Shown one piece after another: positions 38,317 through 45,074 of a stretch of DNA of 54,213 nt. Origin of the DNA: Thermoplasmata archaeon. GTDB taxonomy: Archaea; Thermoplasmatota; Thermoplasmata; Lutacidiplasmatales; UBA184. The notes beneath the pieces are model-generated. The model was not told where the DNA came from, did not search any database, and worked only from the letters and a program-made list of their open reading frames with translations. How positions within the stretch are numbered: position 1 is the first letter of the stretch; each line of letters opens with the position of its first letter. The DNA is taken from NCBI GenBank assembly GCA_030037955.1, contig JASHPT010000082.1, forward strand, positions 1 through 54,213, in the 5' to 3' direction. The translations under genes and the position numbers were made by a program.

Positions 38317-38868
38317 CTACCGCCGCTTCGCCTTTCGGCGTTCGGCAGCGGCTCGGGCCCGTGCCGCCTTCTTCTCCGCCGGAGTCTGGTCGCGGAAGAT
38401 CTCGATCCAGTTGCCGTCCGGGTCCGTGACGTAGGCCACCCATCCGCCGGTCGACGCGGGAGTGACGCTGGTCGGGCCTCCGCCGTTCCGCAGGAGCCGC
38501 TGGTAGGCCCGCACGAGCGCCGCCGCGGGGACCGGCCCGAGATAGAAGCCGATGTGGTCGAGTCCCTCGCCCGTGACGAACGGGACATCGAACTGCGACC
38601 CTTTGGGATACCAGTTCAACTCGAGCCGCTGGTGCGAGGTCGGGTCTTGCAACAGCACCCAGGTGCCTCGCCCGTACTGACTCAGGTCGCCGCGGCTGAC
38701 CTCGCGCAGGCCCAGGACGCGCGTGTAGAACCGAACGGATCGATCCAGGTCGGTGACCCGGACGCCGGAGTACCGAAGATGCACGACCAGCCGACCCAGT
38801 GTCCGAGGAAATACCTTGGCCCCCGGCGCCGGCGGAGTCCTCCCCTCAGAGTCCGCCGTGGAAACCAT
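38317..38868 (-). CDS. VOC/glyoxalase-family protein with basic C-terminal tail
   Basis: VRVTDLDRSVRFYTRVLGL...LDHIGFYL...DPDGNWIEIF. The tail is AEKKAARARAAAERRKAKRR. The start is uncertain. Confidence 0.75.
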   Translation of the reverse strand: MVSTADSEGRTPPAPGAKVFPRTLGRLVVHLRYSGVRVTDLDRSVRFYTRVLGLREVSRGDLSQYGRGTWVLLQDPTSHQRLELNWYPKGSQFDVPFVTGEGLDHIGFYLGPVPAAALVRAYQRLLRNGGGPTSVTPASTGGWVAYVTDPDGNWIEIFRDQTPAEKKAARARAAAERRKAKRR

Positions 38869-38875
38869 CTAATAC
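38868..38875 (+). promoter_or_regulatory. TATA-like box for the rpo7-spt4-DUF359-S24e-S27ae operon
   Basis: TCTAATAC is centred about 28 nt upstream of the rpo7 ATG at 38900. Confidence 0.45.
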
Positions 38876-38899
38876 GTCACTCGACTCGCGCGGCCTCGC

Positions 38900-39568
38900 A
38901 TGTATTACCTAGACTACCGGCACGATGTCGTCCGGGTCCCGCCCCATCGACTGGGCCCGAAGCTCGAGACCGTGCTGACCGAGCTGGCCCAGCAGCAGTT
39001 CGAGGGCAAGCTGGTGGACGGTCAGAGTCTCGCCGTCATCGTCAAGGACGTGAAGCCGGTCGGAGAGGGGCACATCATCCACGGCGACGGGGGCGTCTAC
39101 CAGGAAGTGGAGTACCAGGCGCTGCTGTTCAAGCCCGAGCTCCAGGAGGTCGTCGAAGGCGCCGTCGTCGAGATCCGGAAGTTCGGCGCGTTCGTTCGGT
39201 TCGGTCCCCTGGACGGGCTCCTCCACGTATCGCAGATCATGGACGACCGGGTCAACGTCGACGAGCACAACCAGCGGCTCGTCGGGGTCGAGACCAAGAA
39301 GGACCTCAAGGTCGGGTACAAGACGCGGTCGCGGATCGTGTCGCTGTCGCTCTCCGAGATCTCGCCGCGGGACAGCCGGATCGGGCTCACGATGCGGCAG
39401 CCCGGACTGGGCCGCCTCGAGTGGATCGCGGACGCCCACAAGAAGACCGAGGAGAAGGGCGGCAAGAAGGGCGGCAAGAAGGAACCGGCAGGTAAGGCGG
39501 TCGCCAAGAAGGAGGCGGCGTCTGCGGCTCCGAAGGAGACGGCCGCGCCGGCTCCGGCCAAGGCATAA
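38900..39568 (+). CDS. rpoE1: DNA-directed RNA polymerase subunit Rpo7 (E') with Lys/Ala-rich C-terminal tail
   Basis: MYYLDYRHDVVRVPPHRLG..., with S1 domain GAVVEIRKFGAFVRFGPLDGLLHVSQI. About 35 extra residues follow (KKTEEKGGKKGGKKEPAGKAVAKKEAASAAPK...). Confidence 0.9.
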   Translation: MYYLDYRHDVVRVPPHRLGPKLETVLTELAQQQFEGKLVDGQSLAVIVKDVKPVGEGHIIHGDGGVYQEVEYQALLFKPELQEVVEGAVVEIRKFGAFVRFGPLDGLLHVSQIMDDRVNVDEHNQRLVGVETKKDLKVGYKTRSRIVSLSLSEISPRDSRIGLTMRQPGLGRLEWIADAHKKTEEKGGKKGGKKEPAGKAVAKKEAASAAPKETAAPAPAKA

Positions 39569-39570
39569 CG

Positions 39571-39756
39571 ATGATCCAGCTCAAGGCGTGCAAGAACTGC
39601 TCGTTCATCTCCGAGGGCACGAAGTGCCCCCGGTGCGGCGGCGAGACCAGTCGCGAGTGGCAGGGCTATCTGCTGGTCGTCGACCCCGAGAAATCCGAGA
39701 TCGCCCGCAAGATGGGCATCCATGCGAGCGGGCGGTACGCGCTCCGTGTCAAGTGA
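39571..39756 (+). CDS. spt4: transcription elongation factor Spt4 (RpoE'')
   Basis: 61 aa. CKNC..x..CPRCG zinc ribbon and REWQGYLLVVDPEKSEIA. Confidence 0.9.
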   Translation: MIQLKACKNCSFISEGTKCPRCGGETSREWQGYLLVVDPEKSEIARKMGIHASGRYALRVK

Positions 39757-40282
39757 CGAGGAAGAGGTCTGGGTCGTCCCGGCCGCGCTCCGTCCGAGGC
39801 TGGCCGAGCAGTACGGACCCGTCTATTCAGGTCCGGAGGCGGACCGGCACCTCCGGGACCTCAAGGTCTTCGGCTCCTGCGGCGACATGGTCACGGCCCA
39901 GGCGCTCCGTCTCGGCAAGGTGCCGCTCGTGGCGGTGGTCGACTACAAGACGAAACGCAACGAGCCGGTCGACCCCACGTCCTTCTCCTCACTGGCGGCG
40001 CAGAGGGTGCGGAAGGTCCACAACCCTGCGGGGATGCTCACCGAGTCATTGCGCGCCGCGATCCACGACCTCGTGTTCGAAGGCGGAGGGCTCGTCGTCG
40101 TGGACGGAGAGGAGGACCTGGGCTCGCTCGCGCTGGTCGAAGCGCTTCCCTCGGGAGCGACCGTTATATACGGTATCCCGGGTGCGGGGGTCTCTTTCGT
40201 GCCGGTGAACGCCCGGACGAAGGACCACGCACGAGCCCTCATCGCCGAGATGGAGTACCGGAAGGTGAACCTTGGACGTTAA
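39722..40282 (+). CDS. GTP-dependent dephospho-CoA kinase (DUF359 family)
   Basis: FGSCGDMVT, VAVVDYKTKR and VVDGEEDLGSLALV are DUF359 hallmarks. It sits in the conserved position after spt4. A GTG at 39746 is an alternative start. Confidence 0.75.
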   Translation: MRAGGTRSVSSDEEEVWVVPAALRPRLAEQYGPVYSGPEADRHLRDLKVFGSCGDMVTAQALRLGKVPLVAVVDYKTKRNEPVDPTSFSSLAAQRVRKVHNPAGMLTESLRAAIHDLVFEGGGLVVVDGEEDLGSLALVEALPSGATVIYGIPGAGVSFVPVNARTKDHARALIAEMEYRKVNLGR

Positions 40283-40946
40283 GATCCTCGAGGAGCGGGC
40301 CAATCCGCTCCTGCATCGGAAGGAGTACACCTTCGAGGTGGACCACGCGGGGTCGGCGACGCCGCCGCGGGCCGAGGTCCGCAAGGAGCTCGCCAAGCTC
40401 GTGAAGGTCCCCGCCGACCGGCTCGTGGTCGAGCGGATGAACGCGCTCTTCGGCACGGCCAAGACCCGAGGGGAGGCGATGGCCTACGCCACCAAGGAAG
40501 CGGTCGACGTGACGACCCGCGAGCACATCCTGGTCCGTAACGGGCTCCGCGAGAAGGCCGCCCCCGCCGCCCCGGCGGCCGCCGGGGAAGCGACGGCGCC
40601 CGCGGCCCCCACAGCTCCCAAGGACGAAGCGAAGCCGGCCGAGCCCAAGGCCGACCTCGGGAAGGAAGAGTCCCCCAAGGAGTCCGCCAAACCCGAGCAC
40701 CCGAAGGCCGAGCACCCGAAGCCGGAGCATCCCAAGGCCGAGGCCCACAAGACCGAGGGCCACAAGGCGGAGACTCACAAGGCCGAGGCTCCGAAGGAGT
40801 CTCACAAGGGGGAGGCCCACAAGGGCGAGAAGGCCGAGCATGCGGAGAAGGGCGACAAGCATGCGGCCGAGAAGTCCGAGAAGCACGAGGGGAAATCCAA
40901 GGCCGCTCACGACTCCAAGAATCCCGACGCCAAGAAGGAGGAGTAG
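40272..40946 (+). CDS. rps24e: 30S ribosomal protein S24e with ~130-aa low-complexity C-terminal extension
   Basis: MDVKILEERANPLLHRKEYTFEVDHAGSATPPRAEVRKELAK is the S24e core (about 95 aa). TTG start preceded by GGTGA. An Ala/Pro segment and then a His/Lys/Glu-rich segment follow. Confidence 0.85.
   Translation: MDVKILEERANPLLHRKEYTFEVDHAGSATPPRAEVRKELAKLVKVPADRLVVERMNALFGTAKTRGEAMAYATKEAVDVTTREHILVRNGLREKAAPAAPAAAGEATAPAAPTAPKDEAKPAEPKADLGKEESPKESAKPEHPKAEHPKPEHPKAEAHKTEGHKAETHKAEAPKESHKGEAHKGEKAEHAEKGDKHAAEKSEKHEGKSKAAHDSKNPDAKKEE
40692..40910 (+). repeat. in-frame ~15-nt periodic repeats encoding (E/A)H(P/K)K.E-type pentapeptides
   Basis: EHPKAEHPKPEHPKAEAHKTEGHKAETHKAEAPKESHKGEAHKGEKAEHAEKGDKHAAEKSEKHEGKSKAAH. 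I count 12 His in about 70 residues. Confidence 0.8.
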
Positions 40947-40949
40947 GCC

Positions 40950-41135
40950 GTGAGCAAGGCCCGAGTGGGCCTCTACGAGGTCCAGGGCGAGGTCCTGACC
41001 CGGACCCACAAGTCCTGTCCGAAGTGTGGCGCCGGGGTCTTTCTGGCCGAGCACGACAACCGACGGTCCTGCGGCCGCTGTGGGTACAGCGAGTCGAAGA
41101 CGGCGGCTCCCAAGGGCAAGCCCAAAGGCAAGTAG
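40950..41135 (+). CDS. rps27ae: 30S ribosomal protein S27ae
   Basis: 61 aa. CPKCG..x..CGRCG zinc ribbon. GTG start 3 nt after the S24e stop. Confidence 0.9.
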   Translation: MSKARVGLYEVQGEVLTRTHKSCPKCGAGVFLAEHDNRRSCGRCGYSESKTAAPKGKPKGK

Positions 41136-41183
41136 TCCCTACGCCGGCGGGGGCCCCGGCGGCTCCTCGGTAGGCGTCGGGAG

Positions 41184-41945
41184 ATGCAACGGGAGACGGA
41201 CCCGGATCCGGAGTGGATACGCGCACTCAGCGGCCGCTCCCCGGCGGCCGTGCAGAGCGCGCTACGGGAAGCGGCGGCCCAGGGGCGGCTCTTCTCGCAT
41301 CTGGTCCGGCAGCACCGCACCGAGGGCCGCGCGTCCTACGTCGAGATCGGCGCCCCGTTCGAACTGCATGCCCTGGTCCGACTGGCTCGGCCCGCTCATG
41401 TGGTGGAGGTCGGAGTCTCCTCGGGCGTATCCTCCGCCTATCTGCTCAACGCGCTTGCGCTGAACGGGCGGGGCATCCTGCATTCGATCGACCTCCCCAG
41501 CCATCCGTCTCGCCGGCGCCGGGCCGGTGGGCCGATCCGGGACTCCTGGAGCCTGCCGCTCGGGCGGTCGACCGGCTGGGCGGTCCCGCCGGGGCTGCGC
41601 CCTCGATGGGACCTGCGGCTCGGCGACAAACGGGACCTGCTTCCGATCCTGGCGAGTCAGCTCCCCGAGGTCGGACTCTTCGTCTACGACGTCCCGCACC
41701 GGGACGAAGATACCCGGCGGGAGCTCCGGGCGCTGGACGCGCATCTCCCCCGAGGGGCGACCGTGATCGTCGACCACGGCCCGGGCGGTGGCCTCTGCTC
41801 CGCGCTCCGGTCATGGGCTCGGTCGCGCGGGGCTACCCCCTCCGGTCGCAGCGGACTCGGGTTGTATGGGGCCCGAGCCCTGCGGCCGCCCTGGGCCGGA
41901 CCTAGGAGATCCCGGGCCCCTGGGCTGTCGAACTCGGGACCATAA
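41184..41945 (+). CDS. class I SAM-dependent methyltransferase (Methyltransf_24-like)
   Basis: VVEVGVSSGVSSAYLL is a glycine-rich SAM motif I equivalent, followed by ILHSIDLP and GLFVYDVPH. Confidence 0.65.
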   Translation: MQRETDPDPEWIRALSGRSPAAVQSALREAAAQGRLFSHLVRQHRTEGRASYVEIGAPFELHALVRLARPAHVVEVGVSSGVSSAYLLNALALNGRGILHSIDLPSHPSRRRRAGGPIRDSWSLPLGRSTGWAVPPGLRPRWDLRLGDKRDLLPILASQLPEVGLFVYDVPHRDEDTRRELRALDAHLPRGATVIVDHGPGGGLCSALRSWARSRGATPSGRSGLGLYGARALRPPWAGPRRSRAPGLSNSGP

Positions 41946-41984
41946 TCGTAAGTGGTCCGGTCTCTGAGGCGCAGTGTCCGTAGC

Positions 41985-42058
41985 GGGCCCGTAGTATAGC
42001 TTGGACATCACAGAGGCCTCCGGAGCCTCGAACCCGGGTTCGAATCCCGGCGGGCCCG
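41985..42058 (+). tRNA. tRNA-Arg (anticodon CCG)
   Basis: Hand-folded: acceptor GGGCCCG/CGGGCCC, anticodon arm GAGGC-CTCCGGA-GCCTC, T arm CCGGG-TTCGAAT-CCCGG, discriminator G. The D stem has only 2 Watson-Crick pairs (G10-C25, T11-A24), which lowers confidence. Confidence 0.7.
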
Positions 42059-42059
42059 T
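42037..42059 (+). repeat. att-like core copy 1 (inside tRNA-Arg, T-loop to 3' end)
   Basis: GGTTCGAATCCCGGCGGGCCCGT. Confidence 0.8.
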
Positions 42060-42371
42060 AACACTTTGCTTACGGAACCCATTCTACCGCCTCCCCCCGC
42101 GCTGAGGGGGCCCCTTGCCGACCCCTAGGGAAGCGACGGTCGGTCCTCCTCAAACTACCGGCGTTGCGGGTGGCTCGTGATCCCGACGGGAGTCGAGCCG
42201 CCTCTCCGTAGCCATCTCCGCCACGGTCGTTCTTTCTTCGGCCCGTGCCGGTGTAAGTCAAGTTCCATGTCCCGTTCTGGCTGCTCTCGGCTCCGGTCCC
42301 AAGGTAACGGGTCTGAAGGGCCAACTCAAGTTCCCCGTTCGGCTGCTTCGTTTGCTGGTCGAGTCTCTGAC

Positions 42372-42881
42372 ATGCGAGGGCGCGCACCGATATCTCGACC
42401 CGCGGGCAAGGAGTTTGTTCGAGCGCAGGCATCGCAGAACGTGGGACCGCTGACCCACGCGGAATACCGACGCATCTACTCTAAGGTGCCCCGACTCGCG
42501 GTCGACGTGATCGTACGGGACCGGTCGGGTGCCGTGTATCTGACGAAGAGGGCGCACGGGCCGTGCCGGGGTCTGTGGCATATTCCCGGCGGCACCGTCC
42601 GGTTTGGGGAGCTGCTGAAGCACGCGGTCCGCAGAGTGGCGGGGCGAGAGCTTTCGATTGTCGTTGACGCCTCCAAGCTGAGTGGTGTCATCGAGTACCC
42701 ATCTCACTTCGACCACGGCTTGGACTCGCCGGTTGGACTGGTCTTTGACGTCATCAGATATCAGGGCACGCCCCGGGTGAATGTGGAAGCGTCGGAGGGT
42801 GGCTGGTTCAAGCGGCTCCCCCGGCCCATGCATGCCGATCAGGACGCGTTCCTCCTTGACCACGGTTACCTCACCGATTAG
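42372..42881 (+). CDS. Nudix hydrolase, GDP-mannose mannosyl hydrolase (NudD/WcaH)-like
   Basis: In-frame ATG in track ORF 42177..42881. The modified Nudix box GGTVRFGELLKHAVRRVAGRELS parallels the GDPMH-type box (G.x5.E...R....EL) rather than the canonical REUxEE. Confidence 0.7.
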   Translation: MRGRAPISRPAGKEFVRAQASQNVGPLTHAEYRRIYSKVPRLAVDVIVRDRSGAVYLTKRAHGPCRGLWHIPGGTVRFGELLKHAVRRVAGRELSIVVDASKLSGVIEYPSHFDHGLDSPVGLVFDVIRYQGTPRVNVEASEGGWFKRLPRPMHADQDAFLLDHGYLTD

Positions 42882-42988
42882 GCCGACACTAGATCCGCGC
42901 CCTGTCCGACGACGGGTTTGGCCGGTCGGGCCCCACGCGTGCTTCCCCGTCACGGGGGTCGTCTCGCCTTGCGGGAAGTCAACGGCAG

Positions 42989-42996
42989 TAAATATT
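42989..42996 (+). promoter_or_regulatory. TATA-like box for vapB-1 (leaderless spacing)
   Basis: TAAATATT is centred about 27 nt upstream of the ATG at 43020. Confidence 0.45.
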
Positions 42997-43019
42997 CGAT
43001 GCTCCATATCCCATGGACC

Positions 43020-43256
43020 ATGAAACTAGTCCAGACCGCCATCCCCGACGATGAGTATCGGCTGCTCCGCGAGCGGGCGAACAAGGAAGGCAAGAGCATG
43101 AAGGAGGTGGCTCGGGAGGCGCTGCGATCGCACCTGCTTCCCGACCGGGTGAATCCGGAGGACCCGATCTTCCAAGCGTTTCCGTTGATCAAGGGCCGAG
43201 GACGGCGCACGAGTGGCTCCGTCGACCACGACCGGATTCTCTACTCGCGACCGTGA
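43020..43256 (+). CDS. vapB: ribbon-helix-helix antitoxin (VapB/CopG-like)
   Basis: MKLVQTAIPDDEYRLLRERANKEGKSMKEVAREALRSHL is an RHH pattern. GTGA overlap with the downstream PIN gene. Confidence 0.75.
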   Translation: MKLVQTAIPDDEYRLLRERANKEGKSMKEVAREALRSHLLPDRVNPEDPIFQAFPLIKGRGRRTSGSVDHDRILYSRP

Positions 43257-43669
43257 TTTTTGTCGATACGGGGGCTTGGATTGCGCTCTTGGACGAGCGT
43301 GACCGGTTCCATCACTCGGCCCGGGTCTTTCAACGGGAACTGAGCCGCGGGACGCACGGACGGTTGATCACCACGGACTTCGTACTGGCCGAGGCCGTAA
43401 CCTATCTCCGGCTCCGCGCCTCGGCGGACCTGGTCCGAGAGTTCCGTCGCGTCGTGGGGGCGAGCGAAAGCGTCCAAGTCGTCTGGACTTCTCCGGACCG
43501 TTTTTGGGAGGGGTGGCAGTGGCTCGAGTCCCGTAAGGACAAGCGCTGGAGCTTCACCGACTGTTTGAGTTTCGTGACGATGGAGGCGTTGAAGATCCAG
43601 AGTGCGTTCGGCTTCGATACGGACTTCGTTCAGGCGGGCTTCGACCTTCTCCCTCGCGGGTCGAGGTGA
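43253..43669 (+). CDS. vapC: PIN-domain toxin (VapC)
   Basis: MIFVDTGAWIALLDERD..., TTDFVLAEAV, RWSFTDCLSFVTM. These carry the conserved PIN acidic residues. Confidence 0.85.
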   Translation: MIFVDTGAWIALLDERDRFHHSARVFQRELSRGTHGRLITTDFVLAEAVTYLRLRASADLVREFRRVVGASESVQVVWTSPDRFWEGWQWLESRKDKRWSFTDCLSFVTMEALKIQSAFGFDTDFVQAGFDLLPRGSR

Positions 43670-43681
43670 ACAGTTCGGCCA

Positions 43682-43704
43682 GGTTCAAATCCCGGCGGGC
43701 CCGT
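43682..43704 (+). repeat. att-like core copy 2 (22/23 identical to the tRNA-Arg 3' end)
   Basis: GGTTCAAATCCCGGCGGGCCCGT, 13 nt after the vapC stop. The T-stem 5' strand is absent, so it cannot be a tRNA by itself. Confidence 0.8.
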
Positions 43705-43715
43705 CTCTCTCGCAT

Positions 43716-43732
43716 CTTACTTTCAAAGTAAG
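43716..43732. promoter_or_regulatory. perfect 17-nt palindrome abutting a TATA-like box upstream of the MNT gene (candidate operator)
   Basis: CTTACTTT-C-AAAGTAAG, immediately followed by CTTATCTC (43734-43741), which is centred about 27 nt upstream of the ATG at 43765. Confidence 0.5.
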
Positions 43733-43764
43733 GCTTATCTCAATCCGCACGGCTACTCCTAGCA

Positions 43765-44211
43765 ATGCCCGACCTGGGTGATGGGTTGCTCGGCTGCTTT
43801 CGATGCGGTTATGTGTGGAGGCTCAGAAAGGCGCCCGTCCACCTGTGCCCTCGATGCAAATCGCCGTCATGGAACTCGCCCCCATTGGCCGCAACGCACC
43901 GATCCGCGCGACGGCGAGGGCTCGGAATCGAGGACATAATAGGAGGGAAGCGGGAGGCGTTGAAAGTGCTGGCCCGAGAGTACGGCGCCGTCGACATCCG
44001 CATTTTCGGGTCCGTCGCCCGGGGAACGGCAAGTCCAAGGAGCGACATCGACCTTCTGGTCACGTTTCGCCGACCCCTGGGCCTCCTGCGTCGCGGCGAG
44101 TTGAAAGAAAGCGCCGAAGCCCTTCTGGGCCGGCCAGTCGACCTGGCAACGGAAGCGAACTTGCATTGGATGGTGCGCCCCCGGGTGCTCGGAGAAGCGA
44201 TCCCACTGTGA
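43765..44211 (+). CDS. mntA: minimal nucleotidyltransferase (MntA-like antitoxin) with N-terminal zinc ribbon
   Basis: CFRCG..x..CPRCKSP ribbon, then the NTase motif FGSVARGTASPRSDIDLLV. Confidence 0.8.
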   Translation: MPDLGDGLLGCFRCGYVWRLRKAPVHLCPRCKSPSWNSPPLAATHRSARRRGLGIEDIIGGKREALKVLAREYGAVDIRIFGSVARGTASPRSDIDLLVTFRRPLGLLRRGELKESAEALLGRPVDLATEANLHWMVRPRVLGEAIPL

Positions 44212-44528
44212 GAGCCGATCCGCTCCGCGTGGCCGACATGCTCGAAGCCGTCGAGCGCATCCGCGGCTTCGTTGCCCCAGGGCGCAGCACATTCTTCGGC
44301 GACACGAAGACCCAGGTCGCCGTGGCCTACGAGATCCTCAAATTGGGCGAGGCCGCAAGCCGACTCTCCCCCTCCTTTCGGAAGTCCCACCCCGGGGTTC
44401 CGTGGCGCCGTCTGGTTTCGCTTCGGAACGAGATCGTCCATGAGTACTTCCGAGTGGACTTGGACGGTGTCTGGGAGTTCGTCGAGACGGAACTGGCGTC
44501 TCTGGAAAGGGGACTTCGACATCTCTGA
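44208..44528 (+). CDS. hepT: HEPN (DUF86) toxin, HepT-like
   Basis: GTGA overlap with mntA. Rx4H motif in LRNEIVHEYF. About 106 aa, typical of DUF86. Confidence 0.85.
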   Translation: MRADPLRVADMLEAVERIRGFVAPGRSTFFGDTKTQVAVAYEILKLGEAASRLSPSFRKSHPGVPWRRLVSLRNEIVHEYFRVDLDGVWEFVETELASLERGLRHL

Positions 44529-44572
44529 AAGGCCGTGCGCCCAGGGTCCTCGAACGGGACCCGACCAGAAAA

Positions 44573-44595
44573 GGTTCGAATCCCGGCGGGCCCGT
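44573..44595 (+). repeat. att-like core copy 3 (23/23 identical to the tRNA-Arg 3' end)
   Basis: GGTTCGAATCCCGGCGGGCCCGT. The downstream TACAT resembles the AACAC that follows the tRNA. Confidence 0.85.
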
Positions 44596-44735
44596 TACAT
44601 TCTCCTCATAGAGCTCCTGCCGCGGCCCGAGGGCGGTCGCCACAGTCGCCTTCATGCGCTTGGGCATGCGCCGCGGAGACGGTCCCGATGGAGTAGCCGC
44701 AGTGAGCAGGCGGCGAAGAGCCCCGCCGCTCGACG

Positions 44736-45020
44736 TCAGAAACCCGGGCAATCCCGGCGAAGTGACCACGACCCTGTTCCCAATCGAGCGTGCGCTCCGT
44801 CCCCCGACCTGAGGGTTAGCCGGACTGCATCTTCGCCGACGCTGTCGATGGCGACAAGCCCCAACGGCGCTCGGGGAGCGGCGAAGTACGGCTTACCGTT
44901 GCCCAGCACGAAGGGCCGGGGATAGAGGGCAAACTTGTCGATAGGGCCCAAGCCGACCCGGCATCCCGCGAACTCGGGTCCGGCGTCGTTCAGACCGTAG
45001 AGACGGCCTCCGCTCAGGTG
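44736..45020 (-). pseudogene. 5'-truncated RibD_C/dihydrofolate-reductase-like gene fragment
   Basis: SGGRLYGL...IDKFALYPRPFVLGNGKPYFAAPRAPLGLVAIDSVGEDAVRLTL matches the C-terminal half of the family. Compare VEGGPAV...DDYWFFVMPVVYGKGPRYW in the paralog at 53702. The N-terminal half is missing and the P-type ATPase gene starts there. Confidence 0.45.
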
Positions 45021-45074
45021 AGCGTTTGAGACTCGGAGGGTTAGGCGGAGTTGATCCTGGTGGACCGTTGGGGA

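Larger units (their letters stand above)
42060..43704 (+). mobile_element. putative integrase-less integrated cassette 1 (Nudix + VapBC), bounded by tRNA-Arg and att copy 2
   Basis: Flanked by direct repeats of the tRNA 3' end. Visibly less GC-rich intergenic stretches. Cargo is accessory. No recombinase ORF found. Confidence 0.45.
43705..44595 (+). mobile_element. putative integrase-less cassette 2 (Zn-ribbon-MNT + HEPN), bounded by att copies 2 and 3
   Basis: About 0.9 kb between two direct tRNA-3'-end repeats, containing only a type VII-like TA pair and its promoter/palindrome. Confidence 0.45.

Noticed and set aside
40557-40943. S24e C-terminal extension as a read-through or frameshift artefact, or a separate gene
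   Set aside because: There is no stop or alternative start at the junction. The repeats are in frame with a ~15-nt period, and S27ae starts 3 nt after the stop as in the conserved operon. It is kept as a finding and still needs read-level confirmation.
41984-41993. CGGGCCCGTA at the 5' end of tRNA-Arg, identical to its 3' end, considered as a further att copy
   Set aside because: It is explained by the palindromic GGGCCC acceptor stem. It is not an independent duplication.
42177-42371. Upstream extension of the Nudix ORF (track start 42177)
   Set aside because: The extension is Arg/Ser/Gly/Cys-rich and unlike the Nudix body. An internal ATG at 42372 or a later start is more plausible.
44338-44769. 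Minus-strand ORF reading through att copy 3 and encoding ...TGPPGFEP..., reminiscent of the PPGFEP peptide of SSV-type integrases whose attP lies inside int
   Set aside because: That peptide is simply the translation of the reverse complement of any tRNA T-arm of this sequence. The rest of the ORF is antisense to the HEPN gene and has no integrase motifs. No Int(C)-like ORF exits any att copy.
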